Positions 52,454 to 62,551 of a stretch of 64,000 nucleotides of DNA are shown here, in pieces. The position numbers were made by a program, and so were the translations under genes. The number at the start of each line of letters is the position of its first letter. The first letter of the stretch is position 1. Source of the DNA: an uncultured delta proteobacterium (GTDB lineage: Bacteria; Desulfobacterota; Binatia; UBA9968); the NCBI GenBank assembly GCA_963728565.1, contig CAVSLC010000023.1, positions 256,001-320,000 of the forward strand. The letters run 5' to 3'. The notes under the pieces were generated by a model. The model saw only the letters and a list, made by a program, of their open reading frames with translations, had not been told where the DNA came from and did not search any database.

Positions 52454-53509
52454 ATGCTTCGTGCCTTGTTGACTAAGTGTTTAGCGCTAGCGTTTGTTGC
52501 GGTGTCATTGACTGTCGCATCAATAGGCGATGCAATCGCGCAACCATCGAAGGTGGCCGATTTTTATCGCGGCAAACAGTTGCGGTTTATCAGCGGTTAC
52601 TCTGCCGGCGGACTCTTCGATAGCGCGACTCGTATTATGGCGCGCCACGTCGGTAAGTTTATTCCCGGCAACCCAACGGTGTGGGTCGATAATATGACAG
52701 GCGCGGGCGGTCTGATCGCGACGAATTACGTTGCCAAGGCCGCGCCTAAAGACGGGACAGTGCTTTTAAATCTCGACGGGGCACTACTGAGACTGCAGGC
52801 GTTTAATAACCCGTCGGCACAATTCGATGCTCGCCAATTTAACTGGCTTTCCTCACCGGCGCCCGACCTGCAGGTATGCTGGGTGGCTAAAGAAAGTGGT
52901 TGGAGCAGCATCACTCAGGCTCTTGACGGCTCTAAGGAGCTCAAGCTCGGTGGTCTTGCGCCAGGTACTTTTCCTTCGGACACCGCGCGAATTCTTCAAG
53001 AGGCGCTGGGGATCAAGATAAGGCTTGTTGATGGTTTCAAGGGCGTTTCCGAGGTGCGACTTGCCACAGAGAGCAACGAGGTGGACGGTTCGTGCTCCTC
53101 GTACGAGGGCGTCAAGCGGGCTTTCCCGAAGGAATTGGATACAGGCGGCATCAAAGTGATTGTCCAGATCGGTGAAACTTCCTGGCCTGGTCTCGAGAAA
53201 GTGGCCAACGCAATGGACTTGGCTAAGACCGAGAGAGCCAAGCGGCTTCTTCGTGTGGCCGTCATCGGTCCCAACGATATCAATCGTCTGTTTACGCTTC
53301 CACCCGGAGTGCCGGCCGATCGGGTAGAAGCGCTCCGGCAAGCTTTCGATGCGACCTTCAACGATCCGGAATACAAAGCCGACGTCGTGAAGGCGCGCTT
53401 GGTTTTGCGGCCGATATCAGTCGAAAAGATCAAGGAAGTCGCTTCTTCGTGGCTGGACATGCCCGATGCTCAAAAGAAAGAGCTGCAGCAAATTCTGCAA
53501 ATTAAGTAA
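52454..53509 (+). CDS. Bug/TctC-family tripartite tricarboxylate transporter substrate-binding protein
   Basis: FYRGKQ..ISGYSAGGLFD..R, NMTGAGG, APKDGT and PPGVPADRV. Confidence 0.9.
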   Translation: MLRALLTKCLALAFVAVSLTVASIGDAIAQPSKVADFYRGKQLRFISGYSAGGLFDSATRIMARHVGKFIPGNPTVWVDNMTGAGGLIATNYVAKAAPKDGTVLLNLDGALLRLQAFNNPSAQFDARQFNWLSSPAPDLQVCWVAKESGWSSITQALDGSKELKLGGLAPGTFPSDTARILQEALGIKIRLVDGFKGVSEVRLATESNEVDGSCSSYEGVKRAFPKELDTGGIKVIVQIGETSWPGLEKVANAMDLAKTERAKRLLRVAVIGPNDINRLFTLPPGVPADRVEALRQAFDATFNDPEYKADVVKARLVLRPISVEKIKEVASSWLDMPDAQKKELQQILQIK

Positions 53510-53696
53510 TGCGTGCACAATGTTGAGTTCAATGTCGAATTTCTTACAGCTTCCACCGTTGTATGTCCCCGTGTCGGTCTAACTGCAATTGCCTCTGAGA
53601 GTCTCCAAAAGGTGGAATTTTTACCATTCGAGGTAATGATCATAGAAGATCAGCCAGTTAAATGCACATAACTTCTTTTTCCTATGGGGAGAACTT

Positions 53697-54329
53697 ATGC
53701 TGAGCCGATACTTTTTATTGAAGAGCCTCTCAGATATTTTGCCTGATGATGCACTTGTCGTTTCCTGCATAGGAAATAACAGTGGGTTTTGGGGACAAAT
53801 CAAAGAGCGGGAAGGCAATCTGTTTCATATTACAATGGGCATGTGTACGCCGACTGCGCTCGGCCTTTCTCGTGCACTTCCCCATAGGACGGTAATCTGT
53901 TTGGATGCGGACGGGAATCTACTCCTGAACTTGGGCTCTATCGCAACCGTTGGAAACCATGGTCCGTCAAACTTGTTTATAATAGTTTTCGACAATGAAA
54001 ATTATCTCGGGAGCATAAAACATCAATCTGGACCACCTACTGCGACCAGCGGAAAGATGGATCTCGCCGCTGTGGCTAAAGCCAGCGGAATTTCCAGTTC
54101 TTGCATCGTAAGTTCTGTCGAAAATTTTAGAAATCAAGTCCAGGCGTGTTTGGTCACGCCTGGTCCGCACTTCATACTAGCGAAGATTGAACCGCTCGAT
54201 TCTGAAACGCCACCTCGCGTCAGGCGTATACCGGATACCAAAGAGAACAAATACCAGTTTATTCATTATATCGAACGAACAGAGAAAGTGACAATTTTAG
54301 GTGGGGGTCTGGGAAAATTCGCGGGTTGA
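53697..54329 (+). CDS. ThDP-binding subunit, sulfopyruvate/phosphonopyruvate decarboxylase beta (ComE)-like
   Basis: MG...PTALGL, DADGNLLLNLG...FDNENY (GDG..N variant). Confidence 0.8.
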   Translation: MLSRYFLLKSLSDILPDDALVVSCIGNNSGFWGQIKEREGNLFHITMGMCTPTALGLSRALPHRTVICLDADGNLLLNLGSIATVGNHGPSNLFIIVFDNENYLGSIKHQSGPPTATSGKMDLAAVAKASGISSSCIVSSVENFRNQVQACLVTPGPHFILAKIEPLDSETPPRVRRIPDTKENKYQFIHYIERTEKVTILGGGLGKFAG

Positions 54330-54381
54330 GGCTAGATGGAGAGAAACGTTTCAGTGATTCAAAGGGTCGGCCGGGGGCAAC

Positions 54382-54877
54382 ATGAAACTGGATAAGGCAG
54401 AGTTAATTGTGGAAGGACTGAAAGAAGCAGGAATTGACTTTGCGTCGGTTTCCTGATGCCCAGTTCACTCAAGTTTATCAGATAATCTCTAAGCAAGCGG
54501 ATATTCCCTACATAGGAGCTGCTAACGAGGGAGAAGCGGCAGGCATCGCAATGGGTGCGTGGTTCGGTGGTAAGAAGCCTGCTTTAATCATAGCGACCTC
54601 GGGCTTATTAGTAGCGACGTACTGGCTTGCACGGATGCAATTTCTGCATGAGGTACCTGTTCTCATATTGATACCCTATCGAGGGGATATTGGAGACCCG
54701 ATGTGGATGGGGATGTACCGGAAGACTACAGAGCCGACTCTACAGACATTAGACATACCTTTCCGTGTGGTTGACAAATCGGCTGATATCAAAAGAGTAA
54801 TCAAAGAGTGTAACGAAAGCGCGCGCGCTTGGCTTAAATCGGTTGCCGTTTTGATTACCGAGGAGGCCTTATGGTAA
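54382..54877 (+). CDS. Sulfopyruvate decarboxylase alpha (ComD)-like subunit; frameshift near 54450
   Basis: IVEGLKEAGIDF in one frame, then FPD...NEGEAAGIAMGAWFGGKKP...YRGDIGD in the next. Confidence 0.8.
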
Positions 54878-54891
54878 GCGGGCGAGAGGAA

Positions 54892-55963
54892 ATGAAACAC
54901 GGAGTCATCCTGAGTGCTCCGCGTTGCGGCAAGGGGAATCAAGATGTGCATAAAAGGCGTGTGATCCTTATCAGCCTACTGGTTTGCCAGTGTCTCACTG
55001 CCTTCACTTTCGCCGCTGATGAGCGAACCATTGATGCTGCGAGGCGAGAAGGAAAGGTAGTCTGGTATACAGTCGCAGGCGAGTCTGCAGAGCTGGCGAA
55101 ATCGTTCGAAGCGAAATATCCATTTGTGAAGGTCGACGTTCTACGTAGCACAGTTTTTCCTCTGCTAAATCGTATACTGAATGAAGCTAGAGGTGGCTAA
55201 TAACCAAAACTACGATGTTGTTCGACAGTCCTCATTCGCCATGCAGGTACTGATCCAGAAGGGAATGATTCAACCATATGAATCATCAGAAAGAAAATCC
55301 TATAGTGAGGATGCTAAAGATAAGGTGGGATATTGGACTTCGACAGATGAGAATTATTTCGTGATTGGCTATAACACCAAGATGGTATCTTCGGGTGAGG
55401 CACCTAAAGATTGGGAAGATTTACTGGAACCGAAGTGGCGCGGCGAAAATCGCGATGGATCCTGACAATCATTTGCTTTACGGCGGAGCTGGAGCAACTT
55501 GGGGCAAAGGAAAAAGCATCAGAATACTTCAAGAAATTATCTCGTCAAGAAATCCAATTTAGGCGAGGCAATACGTCTGCTAGCACAGCTAATTGTGGCA
55601 GGAGAATACCCACTTGGGCTTCGTATACGCCCATCGTGTAGAATTACTGAAATCCCAAGGAGCTCCAATCGATTGGGTCTCGACAATGAATCCGATTGTC
55701 TCGACACTTGGCCCAGTGGGTCTTGCAGCTAGATCGCAACATCCAAATGCAGGCAAACTCCTAATCGATTTTCTTCTCTCTGCGGACGCTCAAAAAAAAC
55801 TGCAGAGGATGTATAGAATACCATCGCGATCAAATCTCGAGCCTATATCTCCATCTATTAGACGCTACCCGTTTGAAGGTTATGTCTTTACCTCCGTCAT
55901 TGGCAGAGCAGGAGGAAAGTTGGAAAAAGTCTTTCAGGTCGGTTTTTCAACTCCCTGGCTAAA
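54892..55963 (+). pseudogene. FbpA/AfuA-like extracellular solute-binding protein with multiple frameshifts
   Basis: ARREGKVVWYT / YNTKMV..APKDWEDLLEPKWRG / AQLIVAGEYP / QHPNAGKLLIDFLLS in different frames. Confidence 0.8.
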
Positions 55964-56024
55964 GAAAAGAATAGAACGGCGGATGTCTCTGAAAAAACGA
56001 GACACCGCGCAAGCGAGTACAGTT

Positions 56025-57049
56025 ATGAAAAACACCAAATTTATCTGTGGACCAGAGCCTGATTCTCATAAGGCGGAAACGAGTCGCCAACCGACAATGT
56101 TCTGCACCACTATTGGCATGCGGTAGCGCGCTCGCAAGATGTAACCGACAAACCGCTGCCGGTGAAATTACTCGATCATCCGGTGGTGCTTTGGCGCTCC
56201 GACACAGGCGTGGTTGCTTTTCATGATCTCTGCGTGCACCGCGGCACGCCTCTCTCTCTCGGTTGGACCGAAAACGGCAGTATCGTCTGCGCCTATCATG
56301 GCTGGCGCTACGGCGCGGACGGAATGTGCAAACACATCCCATCCATACCGGCGGAGAGGGGAATACCAGCGAAAGCGCGAGCGATAGTTTATCACTGCGC
56401 CGAAAAGTACGGTTTGATTTGGGTATGTCTCAAAGATCCGGTCGCCGACATTCCGGCATTTCCCCAGGAGATCCACGACCCGTCCTACCGATGGGAGGCC
56501 TATTCATCGCACGGGCAATGGAAAGCTAATGCCGCCCGGATGATCGAGAATCTTTTGGACTTCTCGCATTTCACCTGGGTGCACCCGGGAATTCTTGGCG
56601 ATCCTTCGAACGCGGCATGCGAGGCGAGCGAGATCACGGCCGTTCCCGGCGGTTTCCAGTACGAGATCGAACAGCCGGTTAATCGCTTGAAAGCAAATAG
56701 CGCGTCGATACAGCGCTTCACGGTGATTTTGCCGTTGATTTTGTTCATCGAACGGCGCCAGCCCGACGGGCCCGAAAAACAAACGAACATTTATTGCTGC
56801 ACTCCGATGTCCGATAAGGAAACCCGATTTTTTCGCCTGTCGGGTCGGAACTATCGCGACACGCTTTCGGATGAGGAACTCAACAAGAAACATCAGACGA
56901 TCTTCGAGCAGGATCGCGTCATCGTCGAGGCGCAAAGGCCGGAGGAACTGCCTCTGGATCTAGCTGAAGAGCTTCATCTGCGCGGTCCTGACACAGCCGG
57001 GCTGGAATATCGAAGAGCACTGCGCGAACTTGGCGTGAAGTGGGGTTGA
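56025..57049 (+). CDS. Rieske non-heme iron oxygenase alpha subunit (VanA/NdmA-like); 5' end frameshifted, start uncertain
   Basis: YWHAVA, Rieske CVHRG...CAYHGW, mononuclear Fe ENLLDFSHFTWVH, IFEQD, RPEELPLD. Confidence 0.9.
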
Positions 57050-57362
57050 GTCTTGTTGCACGGTAACCCTCCGCTCAAGCTTTGAAGTATCAACATGGCT
57101 GCGAAGTGAATCGGAAGAGTACGCGGTTGTGAGACTTCCTTGAGTCTACCCTTGGGGATTGGAGTGAGACGATATCGAATCGAATGACCGTTTTAAGAGA
57201 ATAAGACCTAAACCGAGAAATACGCTGAATAGGCTTCACGATCCAGATGGAACCGCCGCGAACTTAAATGCTCGAGGAACGCTCGTATAGAAGGGTCGCT
57301 CCGGATTCTGCTGGTGTCCTCCGGATCGATGCCCGCTCAACAGCCGGGAAAAGGAGTTTTGT

Positions 57363-58079
57363 ATGTTCGGATACCGCGCCAGAATAGGATATATTTCGCC
57401 GTCCGTCATGGAGCTCAACGCCTATGACTTTTACCGCATCGTCCCCAAAGGAGTAGGCCTGATCGCGGTTACCTGTATGGTTGAGGGCTGGAAGGAAGAT
57501 GCCTATCAACGCGCACTGGCTCAAGTTGAAGCATGCGCCCGGGAGCTTGGCCGCCGCGCTTGCGATTTCATTATTCACGGCGGGGCTCCTTTGGTCTTGA
57601 GCCAGGGCAAGGGTTTCGAAACAAGACTATTGACCCAGCTACAAGAGCTCACCGGTGCTCCGTGCACCACCAGCATTGTCGCAGCCATGGATGCTTTTCG
57701 CGACCTGTCAGCTACCCGATTGGCGGTTGTCGATCCTTATCCAGCCGAGCTTAACGCCAAGATGACCGCGTACCTGAAGGACTGGGGTTTTGAGGTTGCT
57801 TCATTAGTCAGTCTCGGCACGTCTTTTACCGAATCGAGCATCGCATCGATTGCAGACATCTACCGAGCGGCCAAACGCGCCATCAAAGAAGCCCAGAATC
57901 CTCAAGCGGTCTTTATACCGTGCGCTAATTTTCCGGTAATCGACGTCATTGAAGATATCGAAACCGATTTTGGCTTGCCGGTCATCAGCAATATCACTTC
58001 TCAATTGTACGTAGGATTCAAAACTATCGGAATGCGCGAGAGAGTTCCTGGTTATGGCAAGTTGATGCGAATGCTTTAG
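57363..58079 (+). CDS. Asp/Glu racemase-fold protein (maleate isomerase/arylmalonate decarboxylase family), paralog 1
   Basis: GYRARIGYISPS, VVDPY, FIPCANF and LPVISN. Confidence 0.85.
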   Translation: MFGYRARIGYISPSVMELNAYDFYRIVPKGVGLIAVTCMVEGWKEDAYQRALAQVEACARELGRRACDFIIHGGAPLVLSQGKGFETRLLTQLQELTGAPCTTSIVAAMDAFRDLSATRLAVVDPYPAELNAKMTAYLKDWGFEVASLVSLGTSFTESSIASIADIYRAAKRAIKEAQNPQAVFIPCANFPVIDVIEDIETDFGLPVISNITSQLYVGFKTIGMRERVPGYGKLMRML

Positions 58080-58226
58080 CAGGCTTCTGAAAAAGACCCA
58101 CACACTTCGTTGCTCTCGATCTCCTCGCTGCAACGTACTGTGAGTAGGTCTCCGCTCGTCGATGCTTCGCGCGCCTCGTCTTTGGATCTTCTTGAGCAGC
58201 CTGCGACCAGAGTTTTTCAGCAGTCC
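58080..58226 (-). mobile_element. MITE-like repeat, copy A
   Basis: Ends AGGCTTCTGAAAAAG ... TTTTTCAGCAGTCC; the reverse complement aligns with 63571-63711. Confidence 0.7.
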
Positions 58227-58261
58227 GAGAGTCGAGCGGAATCATCACGGAAGGAGCGGAA

Positions 58262-58504
58262 ATGGCGAAGATAAGAGCGGTTGTCACCGAAGGGGATCGT
58301 CAGCATGGATACAAGCGAGTTCAGGTATTATTTGGCACAAATTATTTCTTGGAAATCGTTGAAAACGACGGCCGAGTTGAGTTTCTGCTAGGAGCGCACC
58401 ACACCGGATTCAAGGCCGATGCTTCCGAACCCAATGGCGAACTACAAAAGTATATTAGCGAAGTTCAGCAGCGGTATCCGGAAAGCGTTTTCGAGCAGGA
58501 ATAG
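58262..58504 (+). CDS. Small hypothetical protein
   Basis: 80-aa ORF with AAGGAG RBS and globular composition. Confidence 0.65.
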   Translation: MAKIRAVVTEGDRQHGYKRVQVLFGTNYFLEIVENDGRVEFLLGAHHTGFKADASEPNGELQKYISEVQQRYPESVFEQE

Positions 58505-58533
58505 CTAGCAGACTATCCGAAAGGTACAACTCT

Positions 58534-59250
58534 ATGTTCGGCTGGCGCGCGAGAATAGGTTACCTTTGTCCCTCCGTGTTCGAAATGATCGCTTATGATT
58601 TCTATCGCATCGTTCCGCCTGGGATCGGCATGATCGGGGTCACTTGCATGATTGACGGGTGGCAGGATGAGGCGTACAGAACGGGACTGGCGCGGATTAA
58701 AGAATGCGCTCTGGAGCTGAGCCGGCGAAAATGTGATTTCATCATTCACGCAGGGGTTCCGCTGGTAGTGAGTCAAGGAAAGGGCTACGAGGTTGAGGTA
58801 ATCAAAACCATCGAGACCCTTACCAGTACTCCAGCCACCACCAGCATTGTTGCCGGAATGGAAGCACTCAAAGCTCTTTCTGTTCGGCGCATCGGCCTTG
58901 TCAATCCATACCCATCTGAATTGAACGCGGCGGTGATGGCATTCATGAAAGGGCACGGATTTGAAATCGACGCAGTCGTCAGCCTCGGCGCTGATTTCAC
59001 GCGAATCGGCGACGTCTCAGAAGCCGATGTTTACGCCGCGGCGAAAAAAGCTGTGAGCCAGTCACCTGAGTTGGAAGGTTTATATCTGCCGTGTCCGCAG
59101 TTCCCGGCGTTGGACGTCATCGATGCGATAGAATGCGACCTGGGAATTCCCGCGGTGGGGCACTTGAGCTCGGAAATCTGGATGGCGTTGAAGGTTTTGA
59201 AGATCCGCAGTCCGATCCCGGGATTCGGCAAACTCCTGACCATGATGTGA
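58534..59250 (+). CDS. Asp/Glu racemase-fold protein, paralog 2
   Basis: GWRARIGYLCPS, LVNPY and YLPCPQF; clearly similar to 57363-58079. Confidence 0.85.
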   Translation: MFGWRARIGYLCPSVFEMIAYDFYRIVPPGIGMIGVTCMIDGWQDEAYRTGLARIKECALELSRRKCDFIIHAGVPLVVSQGKGYEVEVIKTIETLTSTPATTSIVAGMEALKALSVRRIGLVNPYPSELNAAVMAFMKGHGFEIDAVVSLGADFTRIGDVSEADVYAAAKKAVSQSPELEGLYLPCPQFPALDVIDAIECDLGIPAVGHLSSEIWMALKVLKIRSPIPGFGKLLTMM

Positions 59251-59264
59251 GCACCGGAGGATCT

Positions 59265-60239
59265 GTGAAATCGACAATCGTCAATTGTATCTGCGCGGCA
59301 ATACTGCAGCTGGCAGGATGGGGTGTTTCCCATGCTCAGGAAATCCACATGTCTTACCCGGGACTTACCGGTGAGTCAGCGCCGTTGTGGGTGGCCCGGG
59401 AAGCGGGATTTCTAAAGGGATATGGTATCGATGCCAAGCTCGTATATATGGAGGGCGGCCGTTTATCGATCCAAAGCCTTCTCTCCAATACGACCCAGTT
59501 CATGGCAGGCGATGCCGTCTCGGCTCTGAGCGCGATCGCCGGCGGTGCGGACATCGTTTTGCTGGCTTCGGCGAAAAACGTTTTACCGTACGTGTTTGCA
59601 GTGTCCAAGGACGTCCGGCGCGGCGAAGATCTCAAAGGCAAAATAATCGCGACCTCGCAGGTCGGCGGAAGAGCGGGAGAGATCGCCCGCATGGTCATCC
59701 GCAATATGGGTTTGGATCCTGACAAAGACGTGAATTACCTGGCTGTCGGCGGGACCATGTCCCGTCTGGCGGCCCTGAGTACCGGCAAAGTGCACGCCGC
59801 GCCGATCTCGCATACGGTTGTTCCGATCGCGGAGGAGCGAGGTCTCCGAATTCTGCAGATCGAACCCATCCCTCTGATCGTCGACGCCCTTTGGACTTCA
59901 CGGAAATTTGCCGACGAAAACCCGCTGGTTATTCAGAATGTGCTGCGCGGCTATGCTCAGGCAATAGCCACAATCGTCAGGGACCGCGACAAGTCCTTGG
60001 AGATTATGCGCAAGTACATGAGAACTTCGGACACCCGGGTGGTGCAAGGCGCTTACGAACGCTACAGAGAAGACTTGGACCGAGTGCCGATACCCTCGGA
60101 CAAGGCGATCAAGACGACACTGGAGATAAGCCGTCGAGTGGCTCCGAAGCTGGCCGGGATCGACATTGATCGGCATATGTATTTTGCTCCGGTACGGAAA
60201 CTAGCGGCGGAAGGCTTCATCGATAAGTTGTACAAGTAG
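59265..60239 (+). CDS. NitT/TauT-family ABC solute-binding protein
   Basis: Signal peptide, PLWVAREAGF, DLKGK and GLDPDKDV. Confidence 0.9.
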   Translation: MKSTIVNCICAAILQLAGWGVSHAQEIHMSYPGLTGESAPLWVAREAGFLKGYGIDAKLVYMEGGRLSIQSLLSNTTQFMAGDAVSALSAIAGGADIVLLASAKNVLPYVFAVSKDVRRGEDLKGKIIATSQVGGRAGEIARMVIRNMGLDPDKDVNYLAVGGTMSRLAALSTGKVHAAPISHTVVPIAEERGLRILQIEPIPLIVDALWTSRKFADENPLVIQNVLRGYAQAIATIVRDRDKSLEIMRKYMRTSDTRVVQGAYERYREDLDRVPIPSDKAIKTTLEISRRVAPKLAGIDIDRHMYFAPVRKLAAEGFIDKLYK

Positions 60240-60272
60240 TCATAAAACACACGAGAGGGAGGCTTGATAACT

Positions 60273-60620
60273 ATGGCGCGTATTCGTCATCTGGCAATCG
60301 TAACCGACAATCGAGAAAGGCTGGTCAATTTTTACACGACCGTTTTCGGCATGAAGGTAATCGATGGAGTTGGCCCGGCTATTTATTTGTCCGACGGCTA
60401 TCTCAATTTGGCCATCATCCAAAAGCGCGGAAATTACAAGGAAGGTCTCTATCACTTTGGTTTCGAAGTAGAGAATATCGAAGAGCTAAAACCCTTGTGC
60501 AGGGATCTCGGTGCGGCAACCGAAATCCAGAAGCGACCGCCCAACCGGGAGGCAGAGTATCGAGTTCACGATCCCGACGGCACTCCCATCGATCTCTCAC
60601 AACACGGCTGGCCGGTTTAA
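60273..60620 (+). CDS. VOC (glyoxalase-like) family protein
   Basis: IRHLAI...FYTTVFGM...YLSDGYLNLA...GLYHFGFEV...HDPDG. Confidence 0.9.
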   Translation: MARIRHLAIVTDNRERLVNFYTTVFGMKVIDGVGPAIYLSDGYLNLAIIQKRGNYKEGLYHFGFEVENIEELKPLCRDLGAATEIQKRPPNREAEYRVHDPDGTPIDLSQHGWPV

Positions 60621-60702
60621 TCTAATCTCATTACCGGCCGTCGCTTTGCATTCCGAAACTGAAGCAGTCGTCCGCCGGTCGGCTACTTAGATTGACCCTG
60701 TC

Positions 60703-62268
60703 ATGAGCTCCGAATCGCTAATCCATCGGCCGGTGATCATGGGCGTCCATGGCATGGTTGCCACTGGACACCCGTTGGCTTCGGCCGCAGCGCTGGACGT
60801 CTTGAAAGATGGGGGCAACGCCGTTGACGCGGCGCTTTGCGCCTCCGGGGTTCTTTCCGTCGTAAAGTCTTATCACTGCGGTTTAGGCGGCGACGTTTTC
60901 GGGATTTTCTATTCAGCGAGGCAGCGGCGCATGCTCGTTCTCAACGGCAGCGGACGCTCTCCGCGACTACTGCGGCGGGAGGCTTATTCAGGAATCATTC
61001 CGCATCGCGGCATTCTCGCCGCGACCACACCCGGTACGGTCGATGCGTGGTTTGAGGCGGCGTCCAAGCTGGGTAGCCGCGCCCTCGGCGATCTGTTGAA
61101 ACCCGCTATCGGATATGCGGACGGCGGTTTTCCCGTCTTTCCTCATCTTGCCAAAGTGGTTCGTTCCTCGTGCAAACCGCTTAGCGCCGATCCGGCGTGG
61201 GCTGCGATTTTCCTGCCGGACGGGAAAGCTCCCGATGTCGGCGATTTGCTGGTGCAAGAAGATCTGGCAGCGACTTTAAGAAGTATCGCAAGCGGCGGAC
61301 GAGAGGCGTTTTACGCCGGCGACATAGCCAGATCAATCGTTCGGAAATCGGACGATTGCGGCGGATGCTTTAGCCGGCAGGATTTTACCGAGCATCAGTC
61401 GAAGTGGGAGGAACCTCTTTCCGCGACCTACCGGGGATATCAAGTATTTGTGCCGCCGCCGAATTCGTATGGCTTGCTACTTCTGCTGCAACTAAAGCAT
61501 TTGGCGGATCATGATCTGACAGCATTGGGCCATAACACACGAGAATGTGTGGCGCTGCAGGTCAGAGTTAAGGAAGAAGCTTGGCGGGCGGGTCAATCAT
61601 GGCTCGCCGATCCGGCTCGGTATCGACCCGACGAAGTCACACAGTTTCTTGATGCTTTTCCACGAAAAAAAGAAAGCCGCGATTTAGCCGGCGGTCTGCA
61701 AGGTCACGGGAAAAGTACGACGTACATTGCAACTGCGGACAGATTCGGCAACTGGGCTTCGCTCATACAAAGCGTGCACCAAAGCTTTGGCTGCGGTGTC
61801 GTCGTCGATGGCACCGGCATCGTCCTGAACAACCGTATGTCAGGTTTCAATCTGATCCCGGATCACCCGAACGAGCTTGGCCCGCGCAAGCTTCCTGCTC
61901 ACACCCTGAGTCCGGCGCTTATTCTCAGGGACAATAAACCTGTTATGGCGATCGGCACACCCGGTGGCTTGGGCCAGACACAGTTTCTCACGCAGACGCT
62001 ATGTAATATCGTCGATTTCGGAATGAACCTCCAGGAGGCCATCGAAGCGCCCCGCTGGCAAAGCGAGAACACGGGTTGCGTGGAGTTAGAAAGCCGAATG
62101 ACCCGCGATGTCAGTGAGCGCTTGATCAGCGAAGGCTATCAAGTGACCGTTTGCGCTCCTTGGGAATTTGCCTTTGGCGGCGTGGAAGCCATTCGCCTGC
62201 ATGACAATGGGAAGGTATTTATGGCTGCGGCAGATCCAAGGCGAGATGGCTACGCGCTTGGATATTAA
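60703..62268 (+). CDS. Gamma-glutamyltransferase-family Ntn hydrolase
   Basis: GGNAVDAA, GLGGD, STTY (nucleophile Thr), LNNRM, GTPGG and AADPRRDG. Confidence 0.93.
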   Translation: MSSESLIHRPVIMGVHGMVATGHPLASAAALDVLKDGGNAVDAALCASGVLSVVKSYHCGLGGDVFGIFYSARQRRMLVLNGSGRSPRLLRREAYSGIIPHRGILAATTPGTVDAWFEAASKLGSRALGDLLKPAIGYADGGFPVFPHLAKVVRSSCKPLSADPAWAAIFLPDGKAPDVGDLLVQEDLAATLRSIASGGREAFYAGDIARSIVRKSDDCGGCFSRQDFTEHQSKWEEPLSATYRGYQVFVPPPNSYGLLLLLQLKHLADHDLTALGHNTRECVALQVRVKEEAWRAGQSWLADPARYRPDEVTQFLDAFPRKKESRDLAGGLQGHGKSTTYIATADRFGNWASLIQSVHQSFGCGVVVDGTGIVLNNRMSGFNLIPDHPNELGPRKLPAHTLSPALILRDNKPVMAIGTPGGLGQTQFLTQTLCNIVDFGMNLQEAIEAPRWQSENTGCVELESRMTRDVSERLISEGYQVTVCAPWEFAFGGVEAIRLHDNGKVFMAAADPRRDGYALGY

Positions 62269-62551
62269 CCACAGGCGCAGGCTAGGACCCTAGGTCGTTG
62301 AATTTAGCTGTAGCGTCCTTACGCGCGAAACAAACAAGCTCATGAAGCAGAGATCCGAAAAGATTTTAGACGGCTGTATACTGCGCGACTCATGCGGGAG
62401 GTTACCAACAGCCCTTCATGAGAAGAACACAGATTGTGCGGGCTCGAACTCAGGAGCTTGAATCTGCTTTTGACGGTACTCAACTGAGAAACTGAACGCT
62501 CACGGTTTTCAGAAGGCTTGCGATTAGGAATTAAATGCCGAGGAGTTATCC

